Counted from the stretch's first letter, positions 28,301 to 42,148 are shown. The stretch is 64,000 nucleotides of DNA from the human T2T-CHM13v2.0 reference genome, Homo sapiens (GCF_009914755.1 NC_060928.1), one strand, 5' to 3'. Notes: generated by a model not told the origin, from the letters alone. Translations and numbers: made by a program.

Positions 28301-31300
28301 ATTTTCCACTGTGCAGAGAAAAGAGACCAGACAATCACTGTAGAGCAGAGTCTGAAGAAATTAGGAGAATCACAAAGACCCAGAGAAAGAGCAGAGGTAG
28401 AGTTGCTTAATGTAGAAATTGTGGCTAACAAAATATCCAAGAAAATCATGTGAATTGAGATTGTATAGGGAGAGAGGTCCTTGCTAGAGCAGGAAATCTA
28501 AGACTTATTTTTGAATTAGATAAGTTGGAAAAACTCAACTTTGTAAAGAATATATGAAAAGCAATATAATACGAAAATCACAAAATGGCATGTCAGTAAT
28601 TAGCGGCACAAGTAATAGTCTAAACAGAATATATCATTATTAAAGGACAGCAACATAAGTTTCCTGACCAGACCATTTAGTATTTTAATGCACTACACCT
28701 GAGATGATGATCAGTAATCATTTAAAGTGTCAAAAAAGGCTAGAATCATCGACATTAGAAGAATCACTAACATTTTAAAATCTAAGGCTAAAGAAATGCC
28801 TTATTTAAATGGTATCATTTACTATTTTTACCCCTGTTTTAATGACAAGAAAATTGAGTCTTAGAAAAGTAAAGCCAGAAGGCCTTGCATTTTGCAAATT
28901 TCACAAGGCCATAGATTTGCTGCACAAAACAACACAAAAACTTTACAAAGATGAGCATGTAAACCAAAAATAAGACAACACAAGTAAAGGCACTGCTGAC
29001 CAGTAACAAGGTTTGCTTCTTATGTCAAGATATCACAAAAGCATAGTGAGTAAATATTGAATTTTATAAAGAAATATGTTTGTGCAGTACAAACTATAGT
29101 TTGTTATACTTGTTGCTAAATTAATTATATTTTAAAAATCTGTATAATTTTCTTATAAAGTCATTTGGATTTTCATTGAATTGTTCCCCTCCCCGGAATT
29201 TTTAATTAGAGACCTGAACAACCAGACCCACTTTATAATTGCTGGACAAGAACAACTCTCTAGAGTAACTTCCAAGTCACCACCTACAATGTCAAGAATT
29301 ACATAGTCTTTGCAAAATAAAGAAGGCTCCTGATTTAAAACTTATCAAATAACCCTCACTTCATGATGACCTAATGTATAACTGGCAGGAAGGATTTAAA
29401 GTATATATTTGAATAACCCAAAAATTGTTTTTTAAATATCTTTATAAACATATTGACATTTCAATTATATTTTTACTTCAAGATTCTACCTCATGTTACA
29501 TTCCTAAAATGCAATTGCACCAAATATATGGTAAACTTAAATTTATATATGAAATGTTATATTCCTTCAATGAAATTATAACTGATGACATATCTAGGGT
29601 TATCTTTCATCTAAGTAACCCAGGTTTTCATTTTTGCAAGCACCTAGACTTTCACTTGTCACAAAAGCTTAAGATGCATAGCAGAGTAAGGAACTGAAAG
29701 ACGGAAAAATTTTAACTGCTTTTATTTCTTTTTAATTTCAAGAACTCAAAGGAATTTTTGCCTCAACATTTTTTAATATAGAAAAATAAAAAAGTTATTT
29801 TGCTTGTATGCTTAGCTTAATTAACAAAGTCATATTTACTTTGAATGCTAAAATGTACTTTTTACTCTATTACATTTTTTGAGAACTCTGTCAATAGACT
29901 CAGGAAATATTGTTCTCAGAGATATTGAAAGGTTTATTTCAAGCTAATATTTTTTCTTTTGTCATATAAGAAAGCATGTAAGTTGGTCATCAATTCTCAA
30001 TAATGTGTGCTATAAGCAATTTTATAATGTTTTGTAATTTGTGTCATCAAAATGATATGAATTACTCAACTTCTTACTTTATATTTAAACATAAAATATA
30101 TATTTAATAAATGATTAATTTACAGAGAAAGAAAAGTTTAAACAAAGAATTCCCTTGTATTTATAAAGTACAAAAATATATTGAAGTGTATCTCCTTTAA
30201 AAATTACATACATCTTAAAATCTGTGTTTAAATTAATTTGTTGATGATAAAGTAATTTGAGTAGTTAAGAAGATATTCTTGTCAGTCTTGTTTTCTTGCA
30301 AATTGCAGAATTTTTCTATTGTGTGTCTGAATTTATATGTTTTATTAAATAAAATTAACGTTCCTTGTTGTCTAGAATGAAAGTCCATAGTAAGAAATTG
30401 CAATTAACTTGAATTTATATATAATCACTATGAGGAAATTGGAATGTAAAATGAGATCTATTCTGTAATAACAAATTTATTCCCTCTTTACTCAATAATA
30501 ACACTCTCAACCCCAATCCAAGCCAATTTCTAAACTATATCAAAGAAAATGTAAAAACATTTAAATACACAACAAAACAATAAACTTTTAAATGAAGGTA
30601 ATTAAAACCAAGAATCCAGATCAAGTACCAATAAGCAAATAAACACAAATATTAGTCAAGTAAGCCATATTCACAGATTGCAATTTTCATTCAGTACAGG
30701 GAAATGCCAATGGCATGTACACAAGCAGGATCACGGAAAATTTTCAAGTGTGACTAAAGAGACCTAGTTATTTATTTCATATTATAAAGTATGATAAGGA
30801 GCTCCTTAAAAGGGCAGGATTACAAATAATAATTTTAAAGCGGTAGAGAATCTTTGTTACCCATTCATTGCTGGCTCTACAATAAACAAAACAAGAAGCT
30901 GAAGTTTAAATCCAGTTATAGAATTGTACTGTGACCTCATTACATTATAAATGGAGTGTGACTTCTTAATGCTCTGATGTCATACAGGTATGATCTCACA
31001 ATTTTCAAGCCCTCAGAAAAATCTGCCCTGGTCCCTATTGCCCCTGCCCCTCTCACTCCCAAGATTTGTTTTAACCGTTAAAATTTCGTGTTGAATAACT
31101 TGATTTTATATTGTCTATGATAAAATCTTCTGTCAGCATTCTGTTATATTACTAGTAGTCAATGGGCATTGAATTAGCTATAAGAACAATAGAAAGCCAT
31201 TTTAGTGGACGAAGATACCCTAAGTGCAATACATTAAAGGTACTGAAAATGTTTTTTAGAAACCCTAAGCCCTCTAACAAGAATTTTAAATACCGCAGTT

Positions 31301-31784
31301 TCTCTACATATGTATAATAGAAAAATACTCTTGATGGAAAAATAATTGTGATGCTTATTTATGATTATAGTTAAAGATGTGTTTAAGATAAGAATAGAAA
31401 GCTCAGACAGGCTAGCATTATCTGTCAGGATAAAGGCAACATCAGATGAGAATCTAAACTTTTGTCAGATGTGTCATTTCAAGCTGCCAGTTTGGGAGCA
31501 GGTGCACATAAATAAGGTACAATATAGAAATGGCCTCCAATCAAGTTCCTGAAGAACTTATATTAAAGCCATTTAACTTTTCCATACTTTTATTTCAGAG
31601 GTTGTCAGGAAAAATAGATTGGTTTCTGTCCCTTGCAACTGAAGAGGAACATCTACAGAGCCAATAACCCAAAAAGTAAAGACATTATATTCACCTTCAA
31701 TTTAAAGAGGAAATCCAAGTAAAGCCAATATATAATAGGCATTCAAGGCAGAGAAAGGGGAAGTGAGAGTGAAACAGAGAGAGA

Positions 31785-32054
31785 ATAATAGCTCTCATTC
31801 ACCAAGTGTTTGCTATCTGCTGGGCTGCAACTCTGGACTGTGTTTTATAAATTAACTCAGTGAATCATCAGAAAAAAATGCTATGATGTAGAAAATATTA
31901 TTTTCATCATCCTCATTATTAGTATGGAAAACCTAAGGTATAAGTAATTTAATAATTTGCCCAAGGTCATATAGCTGATGAGTGACAGAGCCAGAAAATG
32001 ACAAAAAGGCCATCTGACTCCAAATGTCATGCCTTTAGCAAAAGACTGTATTGC
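31785..32054 (-). mobile_element. MIR, near full length
   Basis: TAATTTGCCCAAGGTCATATAGCTGATGAGTGACAGAGCCAG..TCTGACTCCAAA. Confidence 0.85.
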
Positions 32055-32369
32055 ATGTGTTTAATGACATTTACCCAAAATATTCCTTCTTATTTTTCCC
32101 ATTATTAGCTTCAGAAGAAAAAAAAAACATGTTACACAGTTATTCTCTATTGTCTTATTTCTTTGTTTCAAAAAGTGTTTAAGGTTCTCCTTCAAAGATA
32201 TTGTCTTGAATAAAATTCTGTAGTCTTTAACTTTCATTCTTTTCATGTATAGCTAATGTGTAATACACATTACTTAGAGTTTATAATTATTAAGACAATT
32301 CATTTCTCTTGACCAAAGTCAAAATCTGATGAAAAGATTTAACCTTTAGTTGAAATTTTTCTCTATAGT

Positions 32370-32428
32370 AGTATTACTTGAAAGAAGTATTACTTAAAGC
32401 AGTAATACTTGAAAGTAGTATTTAAAAG
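32370..32428 (+). repeat. About 16-bp tandem repeat, 3.5 copies
   Basis: AGTATTACTTGAAAGA / AGTATTACTTAAAGC / AGTAATACTTGAAAGT / AGTATTT. Confidence 0.8.
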
Positions 32429-32659
32429 ATTATGACAATTATGACATAGAAAAGAAGATGCAGAGAATGAATTACACTTAATTAGTGACTGGTCTCAATG
32501 TGGTTGAAAAATGAATCCCATGTATCTCCCATTTGTAGATGAGTGTGGGGCAGAGATGAAATTTGTTATCTCTGTCTGTTAGTCAAGTAATTTCAATAAT
32601 TTATTAATATTGTTGCACCCATATCATCTCCATTTGGAGTTTTAAAATTTCTGGATTTA

Positions 32660-32772
32660 GTTAATTCATCAAGCATATAATCTTTGTGCATTTGCAAGGT
32701 AGAAAGCCACACCCTAATTGTACAGGAGGAGAACAATGGAAAGACAAGCCCTCAAAGAGATTGCAGTTTGCA
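32660..32772 (-). mobile_element. L2 3' fragment (degenerate)
   Basis: TTAATTCATCAAGCATA ... AAGACAAGCCCTCAAAGAGATTGCAGTTT. Confidence 0.45.
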
Positions 32773-35700
32773 TAAGAAAACAAGTAGAATTTAGTTAGTG
32801 AATATATGAACATAAGGAAACTTAGCAGAATGGTGCAGTCTTCTCAACACAACTAACATGCCAAATATATAGGGATCACAGACTCCATGGTCACTACTTT
32901 TTAAGTTTGAAATACTTTTAATACTTTGAATCCTCATTTCCATGGAGACAGATTTCAGGTTGTTCAGATTTCAAGCACAATTCTGTAAAATGTCAGGGAG
33001 TTTAAAGAAAAATAAAAAACACTCATGCATATTAATCCAAATCTATTTATTAAAGGAATTTCATGTCTTCACCATATATTTTTGTGGTAAATTTAGCAGG
33101 TCCTTTTCTTCAGGAAGCAAGTTCTAAAGATTGGTGTAAAAGCTATTAATTATTAAATATTCTCAAAAGCAACCCCTGTGGTTAATTTTTAAAAAAAGCA
33201 CAGTGGCCATCTTTTAATTTTTATAGAGAAATATTATTGTGTAATATGAACTGTAAGTTATTATACTTGTCTCTGTATCAATTATATAATAAATCTATCA
33301 TTTTCCAATAAAATCACCTGCTTTATCACTGAATTTATTTCTCCAAAAGTCCTGTGTTAAATATCTGCACATCCCATCTTCCTCCATACTTGTTAAGACC
33401 AGCTCTGCAGAGGAGCTGTTAGGTCCTTGTCTACACAGCCTAGGGCTCTGCAGGGGTTATGTTTTCCTGGGAGGCACAGTCAAACTGATTAGATGAGGCT
33501 GTCTGTCCCCAGACATATGAGACTTGAAGATTTAAAGCTTTGATGTCACAAATATTTCCAATCACTTATTTGCAATAACCCTTCTTAATGCTAACTATAT
33601 TTAAAATGTTAATGTCCTTGTTAAGATTCTATCTAAAGGAAATTTTAGTAAAAATGTTACCAAGTTTTAAAACAACAAGCTTCATAAATTTGATTAGAGT
33701 GTTATGATAAGGAATTATACAAATTTCAAAAGAAACTAGAAAATTTTTGGCTGAAAATAATTTAAAAATACTTTTAGGATTCAAGAATGCAAAAAGTTAC
33801 CATAATCATTATCCTATTGTCCCAGCATCCTTTCCTCCCAGGGGAGGATGATTATTAGATCTAAGGGGCACACACATCCATTGTCTGGTCCACCCTTAGT
33901 AGAACTGTCTGATAGAAGAAACACAGAAAATGTCTATCAGCAGCCAAAAATCATTTTCGTTTTCACTTGAAGCAGCGTCTGGATCATTTATGTTGAGAGC
34001 AAAATATTGTTTTTGACACCATTTTCTCTGTCAGCATCTGGTGTGCCTTAATTTCTTAGAGTGAAATCAGAGGGCAGCTATTATTAATAGCGGTCCACAA
34101 ATTATATCAGAAAAAAAAAAACATAGAAACAGAGAAGGGTCATCTACCCTTATCTATGTTCCTGTAACTACAAAATGAGCACTTTAATGAACTTGGTTTC
34201 ATTTTCAGAATCATAATTTATGATGGGTGCATATGCATCTTATAAAATGAGTATATGTTAAGAAATTCAACTACTGCAATAATGATAATCATCTTTACTA
34301 TTTTCATGGTTCAACAAATTATTTTGGCTTTACAGCTAGTACATATCTGTTAAGCTTGCAGCAATCCTTTATTTTGGAAATATGCATCGTTCTCTATGGA
34401 ATAATTATTGCCTAATGTTTACTTGTTATAATCTTGATTCTAGTCTCGCAGTAACCTTAGAAACTCAGTCTCATGATAATACGGCATTGCTTATCACACT
34501 TTTCCTGCTAACATTAGTCTAAGTTAATGAATACCATTCTCTTTTTCCTTTCAGCTATACACACATATTTTCAGATATTTTTATAAAATCTCTCTGTAGA
34601 AGTTTGAGGACCAAAAAAGGCCACATTTTTCACAAATTTATGTCGTCAAAATTCAAGGCCAATTGACTATGCCATATTCATATTGATGTTGCAGTAACAG
34701 GTATCTATGATGTCTCACCTCTATGAAAATGACATGTAATTTTATTTTATAGTACACTAAATTTCTTCACTTTGAAAGTCCTCAAATTATTCATTTGCAT
34801 TTCTACAGGCACCAAGAAAATAAATGCCTAACACAGTTTGTGGTATATGGCAACACAACCACTAGAGTTCTCCCCTATTTTCTTGGAAATGTTGGAAAAA
34901 CTTTGATAACTATTGTAAATTTGTAATTTTATATATATGTAATTTTTTAAAAAATTGTATAACCTATTGTATATATAATAGTAATATTTTTAAAATAATA
35001 TTTTTAGAGATAGAAAATAAAACTGCTTAATTAAGCAGTATTTTTAAAATATTTTCCCAATTTTATTGTGTCTCTATAGTCATCCATCTTGATTATAATA
35101 ATAATAAAGGGTCTTACCCAAAATGCATTAAGATATAAAAATCTAAGGTTTAAACATGGCATTGTTTTTTGTTCATTTGTTTACTCACATGTTATCTCTT
35201 TTCAAAAAAATTTTAAAATAGGTTAAAACAAATGAAAACCACAATTAGATTATAAAGCTTATTAGAGATAAAAACAGTGCTCAAGATGAAAATACAATTA
35301 TAGGGGTCAAAATATTTACTTTGTTTGATTTTAAATTTGTCTCTTATTGTTCTAGTAATTAAGACAAGAAAAGGTGGGAGAAACAAGATCAATCACAAAG
35401 ACCTTGTGAATTTGAGAAGAATAACGTTTCCCTGTGAGAAGCAAGGATTTTCTTACTATTTTACTTAAAAATATTTTATTACAGACCATGGAATAGCATA
35501 ATTGAAAATGCCTTTAAAAGCATTTTGACTTTGTTTTTACAGCAAACATAAAAGGATATTTTATTCTTCCTTGGAGATATAGTTAGACATGTCATTAAAC
35601 ACTATTCAGAAATTTATTTATAATTTGGATTCTTCACCAAGCTTGGTAGTGTGCGGAGTCTTCTGCCTCACTCTGAAATGCTTGTTGAAATGATTAGAAC

Positions 35701-37179
35701 TCTAGAGACTGGCATCTCAAAGTTATCAGTGGAAAGGACCCCTGATAAAAGATGTTTTGACAGAAGAAAATAAAAGTAGATCCATTGGTTCATAAAAAAA
35801 TCCTTTTTGATGTTTCCCTTTATTTGGATTCTGAGCATACTGTAGGTCACCCACCAGCACCATCTGAAATAAAAATAGCAGCCTGTGTCCTTCCTGCTCA
35901 GAGAACAGAATGTAAAATATGAGAACAAATAAAAATACATATTCATAATATTGCTACAATGCATGTACTTCATAAGTGATTTTTTTTATCCTAGGAGGAG
36001 CCAATCACTACAACATTAATTTTATTTTAATATGTAAAGTTAACTTTTTAATGTGTGATAACCTATTGGTTAGCTCCTGGGCTACAATGAGAAGAAAAGA
36101 GTAAGCTATACAGAAGGAGTTGGCCAATGTGGAGCTTGACCACAGTGAATACAAAGCTCATAGGGAATATGAATAACCAAGATATACTACATAAACATAA
36201 TTTGAATGTGTGATTATTTGAATCAAATAAATTGCATTTAAAAATTTCTTTCAATGTGTCTGAGAAATATTCACTTTCCCACTTAATCTGTGGTAAAATG
36301 TGCCAATGATATTTTTACCTCAGAAGAAGAAATCTTTTTAAAAAAAACCAAACACACACAATATATTATAAATAGAAACAGCTAAGTGACCAAACTTGAA
36401 TTCAATAATTTAAAAAAATCTATCTTTATAGAATTGCTTTCTGAAACTTACCTCTGGTATTAAAGATGTTTCACTTCAAAACATAATTATTACTCAATTT
36501 ATTTTACCTATATAAAATATTTTGATTTATAGGTTTCAGTGCTTATTATGGATATATTCAATTTGTTTTTAGCTAAGCTTTCATTACATTTTAAATGTAT
36601 TTTAAAGTAATAATTTAATTAAAATATAATTATTTTATGGCAAGTAAAACCATTTTTATTTGTATAAGGATTACATAACATGCATTATTCATTTTGTAGA
36701 TATGTTAAATAAAGGAAAGAAAGAAAATAGCTAAGAAAAATGAAAATATAGATGCATAACATTGTTAGGAAACCTAGACTTTCAAGGTATAAAAACCCAT
36801 GCGTAAATCCACACTTTGTGTATCTAGCATATATAAAAGAAAATAAAGTTTGCCAAATATCCACTTTATTTTTCTGTAAAATTTTATAGTTTATTCCAGA
36901 ATATTAGAAATATCACAATGATAACTGAATATTTATTAATGTAAGTGGAGAGTGTGTGTAATTAAACTGACATTGTCTCTGAAACTTTCATTTCCACTTA
37001 AAAACAAGTGCACCATCTCAAAGTGATGAGACAGAGTTGACATGAGAGATTATCCTCAAAATTTCTGAAACAGAAAAATAAGGTTGACTACCAGATATTA
37101 AAGTATTATTAATACATAAAACATACAGAGCCTAGGTGTTATCAATACATAAATACAATCCTTTGAGCATCAATGTAAT

Positions 37180-37270
37180 GCAATCCTTTGAGTGTCATGT
37201 CAGTGCTTAAAAAGTTTCAGATTTTGGATCCTTTCCAATTTTGAACTTTGAGATTTGAGAGTTCAATCTT
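37180..37270 (+). mobile_element. Tigger4/MER46 (Zombi)-like DNA transposon end
   Basis: CCTTTGAGTGTCATGTCAGTGCTTAAAAAGTTTCAGATTTTGGA matches the recalled Tigger4a terminal region. Confidence 0.75.
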
Positions 37271-37837
37271 TAATATAAAAACTGAAAACAAAATAATATT
37301 TAACATAAAGTGATTCATTAAATACAGTTGATTTATTTTATGAATAAATTTTACATATTTTATAATGAAAAGTAATATTTCTTACAATATCAATATAAAA
37401 TAAGGAACATTTTTAATATTTTAAATTGATACCCTAGTGTGTATATACTATATTTAATATATATGCATATACTTTAGAAAGATATATATTAAAATCTTAA
37501 TATAAATAATTTAAAAGCAACAGAAATATGTCAAATTTTTATTTTTATGAGATTCTGTGATGTAGTTTAATTCTTACTAAGCATATATTACACTCATAGT
37601 AAAAATACATAAGTTAATAAAAATATTCTCTTCAAATTTCTAAAGTATTAGTTTATAATGAAGCAATAGATCCAATCTATAACTATGAAGGTATGTCAAA
37701 TAAAATTACAAATAGATAATAATATTTATTTGTTATTATTAGTGAAACGAATAATAATATCTGTTTGCAGGCAGTGAAAGCCTGCAGACAAATCCTTACT
37801 ACATATAGCCTAAATATTTTTCAAAATTGTAGTAACT

Positions 37838-38740
37838 AGCCAGGGTGGTTAAAATCCAGAAAACTAACAACAGCAAATGCTGATAAAGATGTGAGGCAAC
37901 AGGAAGTCTCATTCATTACTTACAGGTACGCAGAATGATGCAGCCACTTCGCAAGATAATTTGGCAGTTACTTGCAAAATGAAATACACTTTTATCATAT
38001 GATCCAGCAATTGGTATCTACCCAGAGGAGCTGAAAACTTACGTCAACACAAAATCCTGCATATTGCTGTTCATAGCAGCTTTATTTGTAATTGCCAAAA
38101 CTTGAAAGCAACCAAGAGATGTCCTCCAGTAGGCAAATGAGTAAATAAACTGTGGTACATCCAGAGAATGGAATATTATTTAGCACTAAAATATAATAAG
38201 CTATTTCATTATTTATTTTTATTCCAAATGAACTTTGAGAAATCAATATTCGTTTTATTCCAAATGAACATAGATACATACATATCACTAAACAAAATAA
38301 GCCTATCTAAAAAGGCTACCTACCTACCATATGATTCCAACTATATGAAATTCTGGAAAAGGCAAAACTGTGGAGACAGTAAAAGGATCAGTGATTGCCA
38401 AGGATTGGAAGTGGAAAGGAATGAACAGGCAGAGTACAGAGGATTATGGGAGATGTAAAAATAGTTTGTAAGATACTCTAATGCTGGATGCATAACATTA
38501 TACATTGCACACAGAGTACACAACACCAAGAGTAAACCCTAATGTAAACTTTGGACTTTGAGTGATTATGATGTGTCAATAAAATTCATCAATTGTAACA
38601 AATGTACCACTGAGGTTGGGGATGTTGATGATGAAGGAGTCTATGCATGTGTGGAGGCAGGGGTTGTTTGAGAAATCTCTGTACCCTCTCAATTTTTCTG
38701 TGAACCAAAAACTGCTATAAGAAAATAAAGTCTTTAAAAT
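37838..38740 (+). mobile_element. L1MC1/2-like 3' end
   Basis: ATGATTCCAACTATATGA..TCTGGAAAAGGCAAAACT..GAGACAGTAAAAGGATCAGTG, CCCTAATGTAAACT..GGACTTTG, TGTAACAAATGTACCAC, AATAAA and A-rich end. Confidence 0.9.
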
Positions 38741-39427
38741 ATTTTTTTAAAAACAAAAGTAAAAACTCAGAGATTTATACTTTTTTTGATAGAGCTACTT
38801 GGATTCAGGTATGTCAAAGTGGCCTGGTTTTGACACTATTCTGTCTCTCTTTGCCCTGAGATGCTCTCTGCCCATGTTTTCCTTTCTCCTTTATTCTTCT
38901 ATTTTCTTTACAGCCAAATCATGGCCTTACCTATCCCACCTCTCCCTGGCTTTCTACGAAACCCCCCACTGGTGTCTTCTTTCTCTGATTTGTCCTGCAC
39001 CTAATCATTCTACACCAGACAGTCCAAATGTAGATAACATACTTGTGAGCTATATTCTATATATTTTAGGTTAAACTTCATAATGTTTATACCTATTTTA
39101 GTGTTGTTACATATCTTTGCTATTAGAGAGTGGTGATGGAAATTCCATTATCTTTTACTCTGGTTTACCCCTTGATATTTTGCCACTGTGGATTCAGTGC
39201 CCTTGAGAGTAAAAAATTATGGATATTTGATGTTCACAGAGTTATACTGGCTATTAGATTTCTGAATTCCACAGTAGGCTTAAATAGATAAATTACAAAA
39301 TTGAAAAAAAAACACTTTTGATCAACATGGTTATAATTGATCATTTCATACCAGCCAGTTACTGATTCCTTCTGGCACACTGTAGAAAACTTATTAAAAA
39401 TTAGTTCTATTTTCCAAGAGATGTGGA

Positions 39428-39526
39428 TCATACCTGTAATCCCTGTCTGTCAAGAAGCCAAGGTTGGAAGAATAACTTGAGCCCAGGAGTTTGAGACCAG
39501 CCTTGGCAATATAGCAAGACCCCTTC
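39428..39526 (+). mobile_element. AluJ/FLAM left-arm fragment, interrupted by THE1
   Basis: CCTGTAATCCC...CTTGAGCCCAGGAGTTTGAGACCAGCC.TGGCAATATAGCAAGACCCC. Confidence 0.85.
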
Positions 39527-39900
39527 TGATGTGGTTTGGCTGTGTCCCCACCCAAGTCTCATATTGAATTGTAGTTCCCATAATTCCAACATGTCATGGG
39601 AGGGACTGGTGGGAGGTAATTGAATCATGGAGCCAGTTACTTACATGCTGTTATCATAATAGTGAGTGAGTTCTTACGAGATCTAATGGTTTTATAAGGG
39701 GCTTTTACCCTTTGGCTTGGCACTTCTCCTCACTGCCACCCTGTGAAGAAGGACCTGTTTACTTCCCTTTCCACAAGGATTTTAAGTTTCTTGAGGCTTC
39801 CCAAGCCATACTGAACTGTGAGTCAATTAAACCTCTTTTCTATATAAATTACCCAATCTCAGGTATGTCTTTATGAGCAGTGTGAGAACAGACTAATACA
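39527..39900 (+). mobile_element. THE1C/D-like 5' LTR (MaLR)
   Basis: TGATGTGGTTTGGCTGTGTCCCCACCCAA ... GTGAGTCAATTAAACCTCT ... GACTAATACA. Confidence 0.93.
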
Positions 39901-40286
39901 GTGAATTGGTACTGCAGAGAGTGGGGTACTGTTATAAGGATACCAGAAAATGTGGAAGCTATTTTGCAACTGGGTAACAGGCAGAGGTTGGAACAGTTAG
40001 AAGATAGGAAAATGTGGGAAAGTTTGGAACCTCCTAGAGACTTGGAGTGCTCAGAAGACAGGAAGATGTTGGAAAGTTTGAAACTTCCTAGAGACTTGTT
40101 GAATGGTTTTGACCAAAATGCTGATAGTGATATGGACAATGAAGTGCAGGCTGAAGTGGTCTCAGATGGAGATGAGGAACATCTTGAGAACTACACTAAA
40201 GGTTATGCTTGCTATGCAAAGAGATTCACAGCATTTTGGCTCTACCCTAGGGATCTGGGGAGCTTTGATATTGAGAGAGATGATTA
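39901..40286 (+). mobile_element. THE1 internal region, 5' part only
   Basis: Follows the LTR directly; MaLR ORF remnant IPENVEA..LGNRQRLEQ..EDRKMWESLE.PRDLLNGFDQNADSDMDNEVQAEVVSDGDEE. Confidence 0.92.
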
Positions 40287-40289
40287 AAC

Positions 40290-41395
40290 ATGATATTGGA
40301 GAAACATAGCTTAACTACAAAGAAAAACATAAACGAAAAAAGGAATTACAAAGCAACCAGAAAGCAAACAACAAAATAACAGTATAAAGTGCTATTTATC
40401 AATAATAACACTGAATGTACATGGACTCAATTTTCCAATTAAAAGATATAAAGTGGTCAAATTGATAATAAAGAAACATGACCCAACTATACACTGCCTA
40501 CAAGAAACCCTCTTCACCTACAAAGATGTACATAGACTAAAAGTGAAAGGATGGAAAAAGATATTTCATGCAAGTGGAAATGAGAAAACAACAGGAGTAG
40601 CTATACTTATAACTGATGAAAGTCAAAGACTAAAAATAGACAAAAGAGATCACCATATAATGATACAGGGGTCAATTCAGCAAGAAGGTATGACAATTAT
40701 GAATATTGATGCACCCAATACTGGAGCACCTGAGTATATAAAGCAAACATTAGTAGAAATAGACTGTAATACAAGACTAGTAGGGGACATCAACACTCTA
40801 CTCTCAGTAATGGACAGATCATCCAGACAGAAAAATCAACAAAGAACCATCAAGGTTAAACTACACACTAGACCATATAAATCTAACTAACATTGACAGA
40901 ACATTTTACCAAATTGCTGAAGAATATTCATTCTTTTTATCAGCACATAAAACATTTTCACAAATAGATTATATCTTAGGTCTTAAAACAAGTCAAAAAA
41001 ATTAAAAGAAGAAAAAATCATATCAAGTATATTTCCTAACCACAACGGAATAAACAGAACTCAATAAGAACGGGAACCTTGGAAACTACACAAACACACA
41101 GAAATTAAACAACATGCTCCTAAATGAACAACAGGTACATAAAGAAATTTAAAAGGAAATTTTGAAAATGTATTAAAACAAATGAAAACGGAAACACAAC
41201 ATACCAAAATTTCTGGGATATAGCAAAAACAGTATTAGGAGGGAAGTTTATAGTTATTAGCACTTATATTTTTAAAAATCCTAGAAAGACTTCAAGTAAA
41301 CAACCTAACAATATACCTCAAAGACCTAGAAAATCAAGAATAAACCAAATTCAAAATTAGTATAAAGAAAGAAATAATAAAGAAGAGAGAAGTTG
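40290..41395 (+). mobile_element. Old L1 (L1M/L1MA) ORF2 endonuclease-region fragment
   Basis: ORF 40453-40890: DPTIHCLQET..HRLKVKGWKKIFHA..GVAILI..GSIQQE..NIDAPNTGAP..VGDINT.LS.MDRSSRQK; disrupted downstream. Confidence 0.92.
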
Positions 41396-41597
41396 AAATG
41401 ACATAGCACAATTGATAGCAAACAGTGAGAGGTCAATAAATACTTATCAAAACAAACAATTTGGGAATTCATTTGTAGTGCAGGCTATGGTGTCAGGTTT
41501 ATAACGTCAACATGTGTAAAACTAGTACTTCACTCTGCAGATGAAATTTATATTTGCAATTCTAAGGTAGCCAAAAGTACTTGATTTGCACTAGCTA

Positions 41598-42082
41598 TTA
41601 TAATAAGCAGAATAACAATCCCTATTAGTGTTTAAGTCCTAATAACAGAACCTGTGACAATTATTTTACCTTAATTGTCAAAAGGGACTTTGCAGGTTTG
41701 ATTAAGATTTTGAATCTTGAGATAAGTTTTATCTTGGATTTTTCCACTGTTCCTGAGGTAATCAAATTGAAGGAGGCCAGGGACAAAGGAGGTGTGACAA
41801 CGTACCCACAGGAATGAGTGATGTGACTGTGAGCCAAGAAATGCTGGCAGCCTCTTGAAGCTGGAAACTTCTAGTACAGATTAGGTTTTTAGAGCCTCTA
41901 ACATGAATGCACCTCTGAAGACACCTTGACTTTAGTCCTTTAAGACTCATTTAAGCCTTCTAATTCTGATAACTGTATGATAACAATTTTATTTTGTTTT
42001 AAACCACTAATGGTATGCTATTTTTTCCATCAGGAACATTAGGAAATATTAGAAACATGAGGAACATTGGGAAACTGATGTA
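41598..42082 (+). mobile_element. MLT1D-like solo LTR (MaLR)
   Basis: AAAAGGGACTTTGCAG..GATTAAG..TCTTGAGAT, GAGCCAAGAAATGCTGGCAGCCTCT.GAAGCTGGAAA, GACACCTTGACTTTAG. Confidence 0.85.
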
Positions 42083-42148
42083 GTTATGAACCAGTAAACA
42101 TGCATTATGACTACATAAGTGCAGATGTATCAACAGACAATGTGCGTG

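Noticed and set aside
32370-32428. Short repeat array considered as CRISPR-like
   Set aside because: Head-to-tail units with no spacers, in a eukaryotic context with no cas genes
35672-35864. Possible minus-strand exon (TTTTATTTCAG|ATGGTGCTGGTG..., 45-codon frame)
   Set aside because: No recognisable protein, weak donor, no partner exons; expected by chance in AT-rich DNA
39999-40098. 54-bp-period duplication in THE1-int
   Set aside because: I recall this duplication in other THE1/MST internal copies, so it is probably inherited rather than locus-specific
40453-40890. Endonuclease-like 145-aa ORF as a domesticated nuclease
   Set aside because: Incomplete L1 EN domain with deletions and frameshifts, inside a decayed L1
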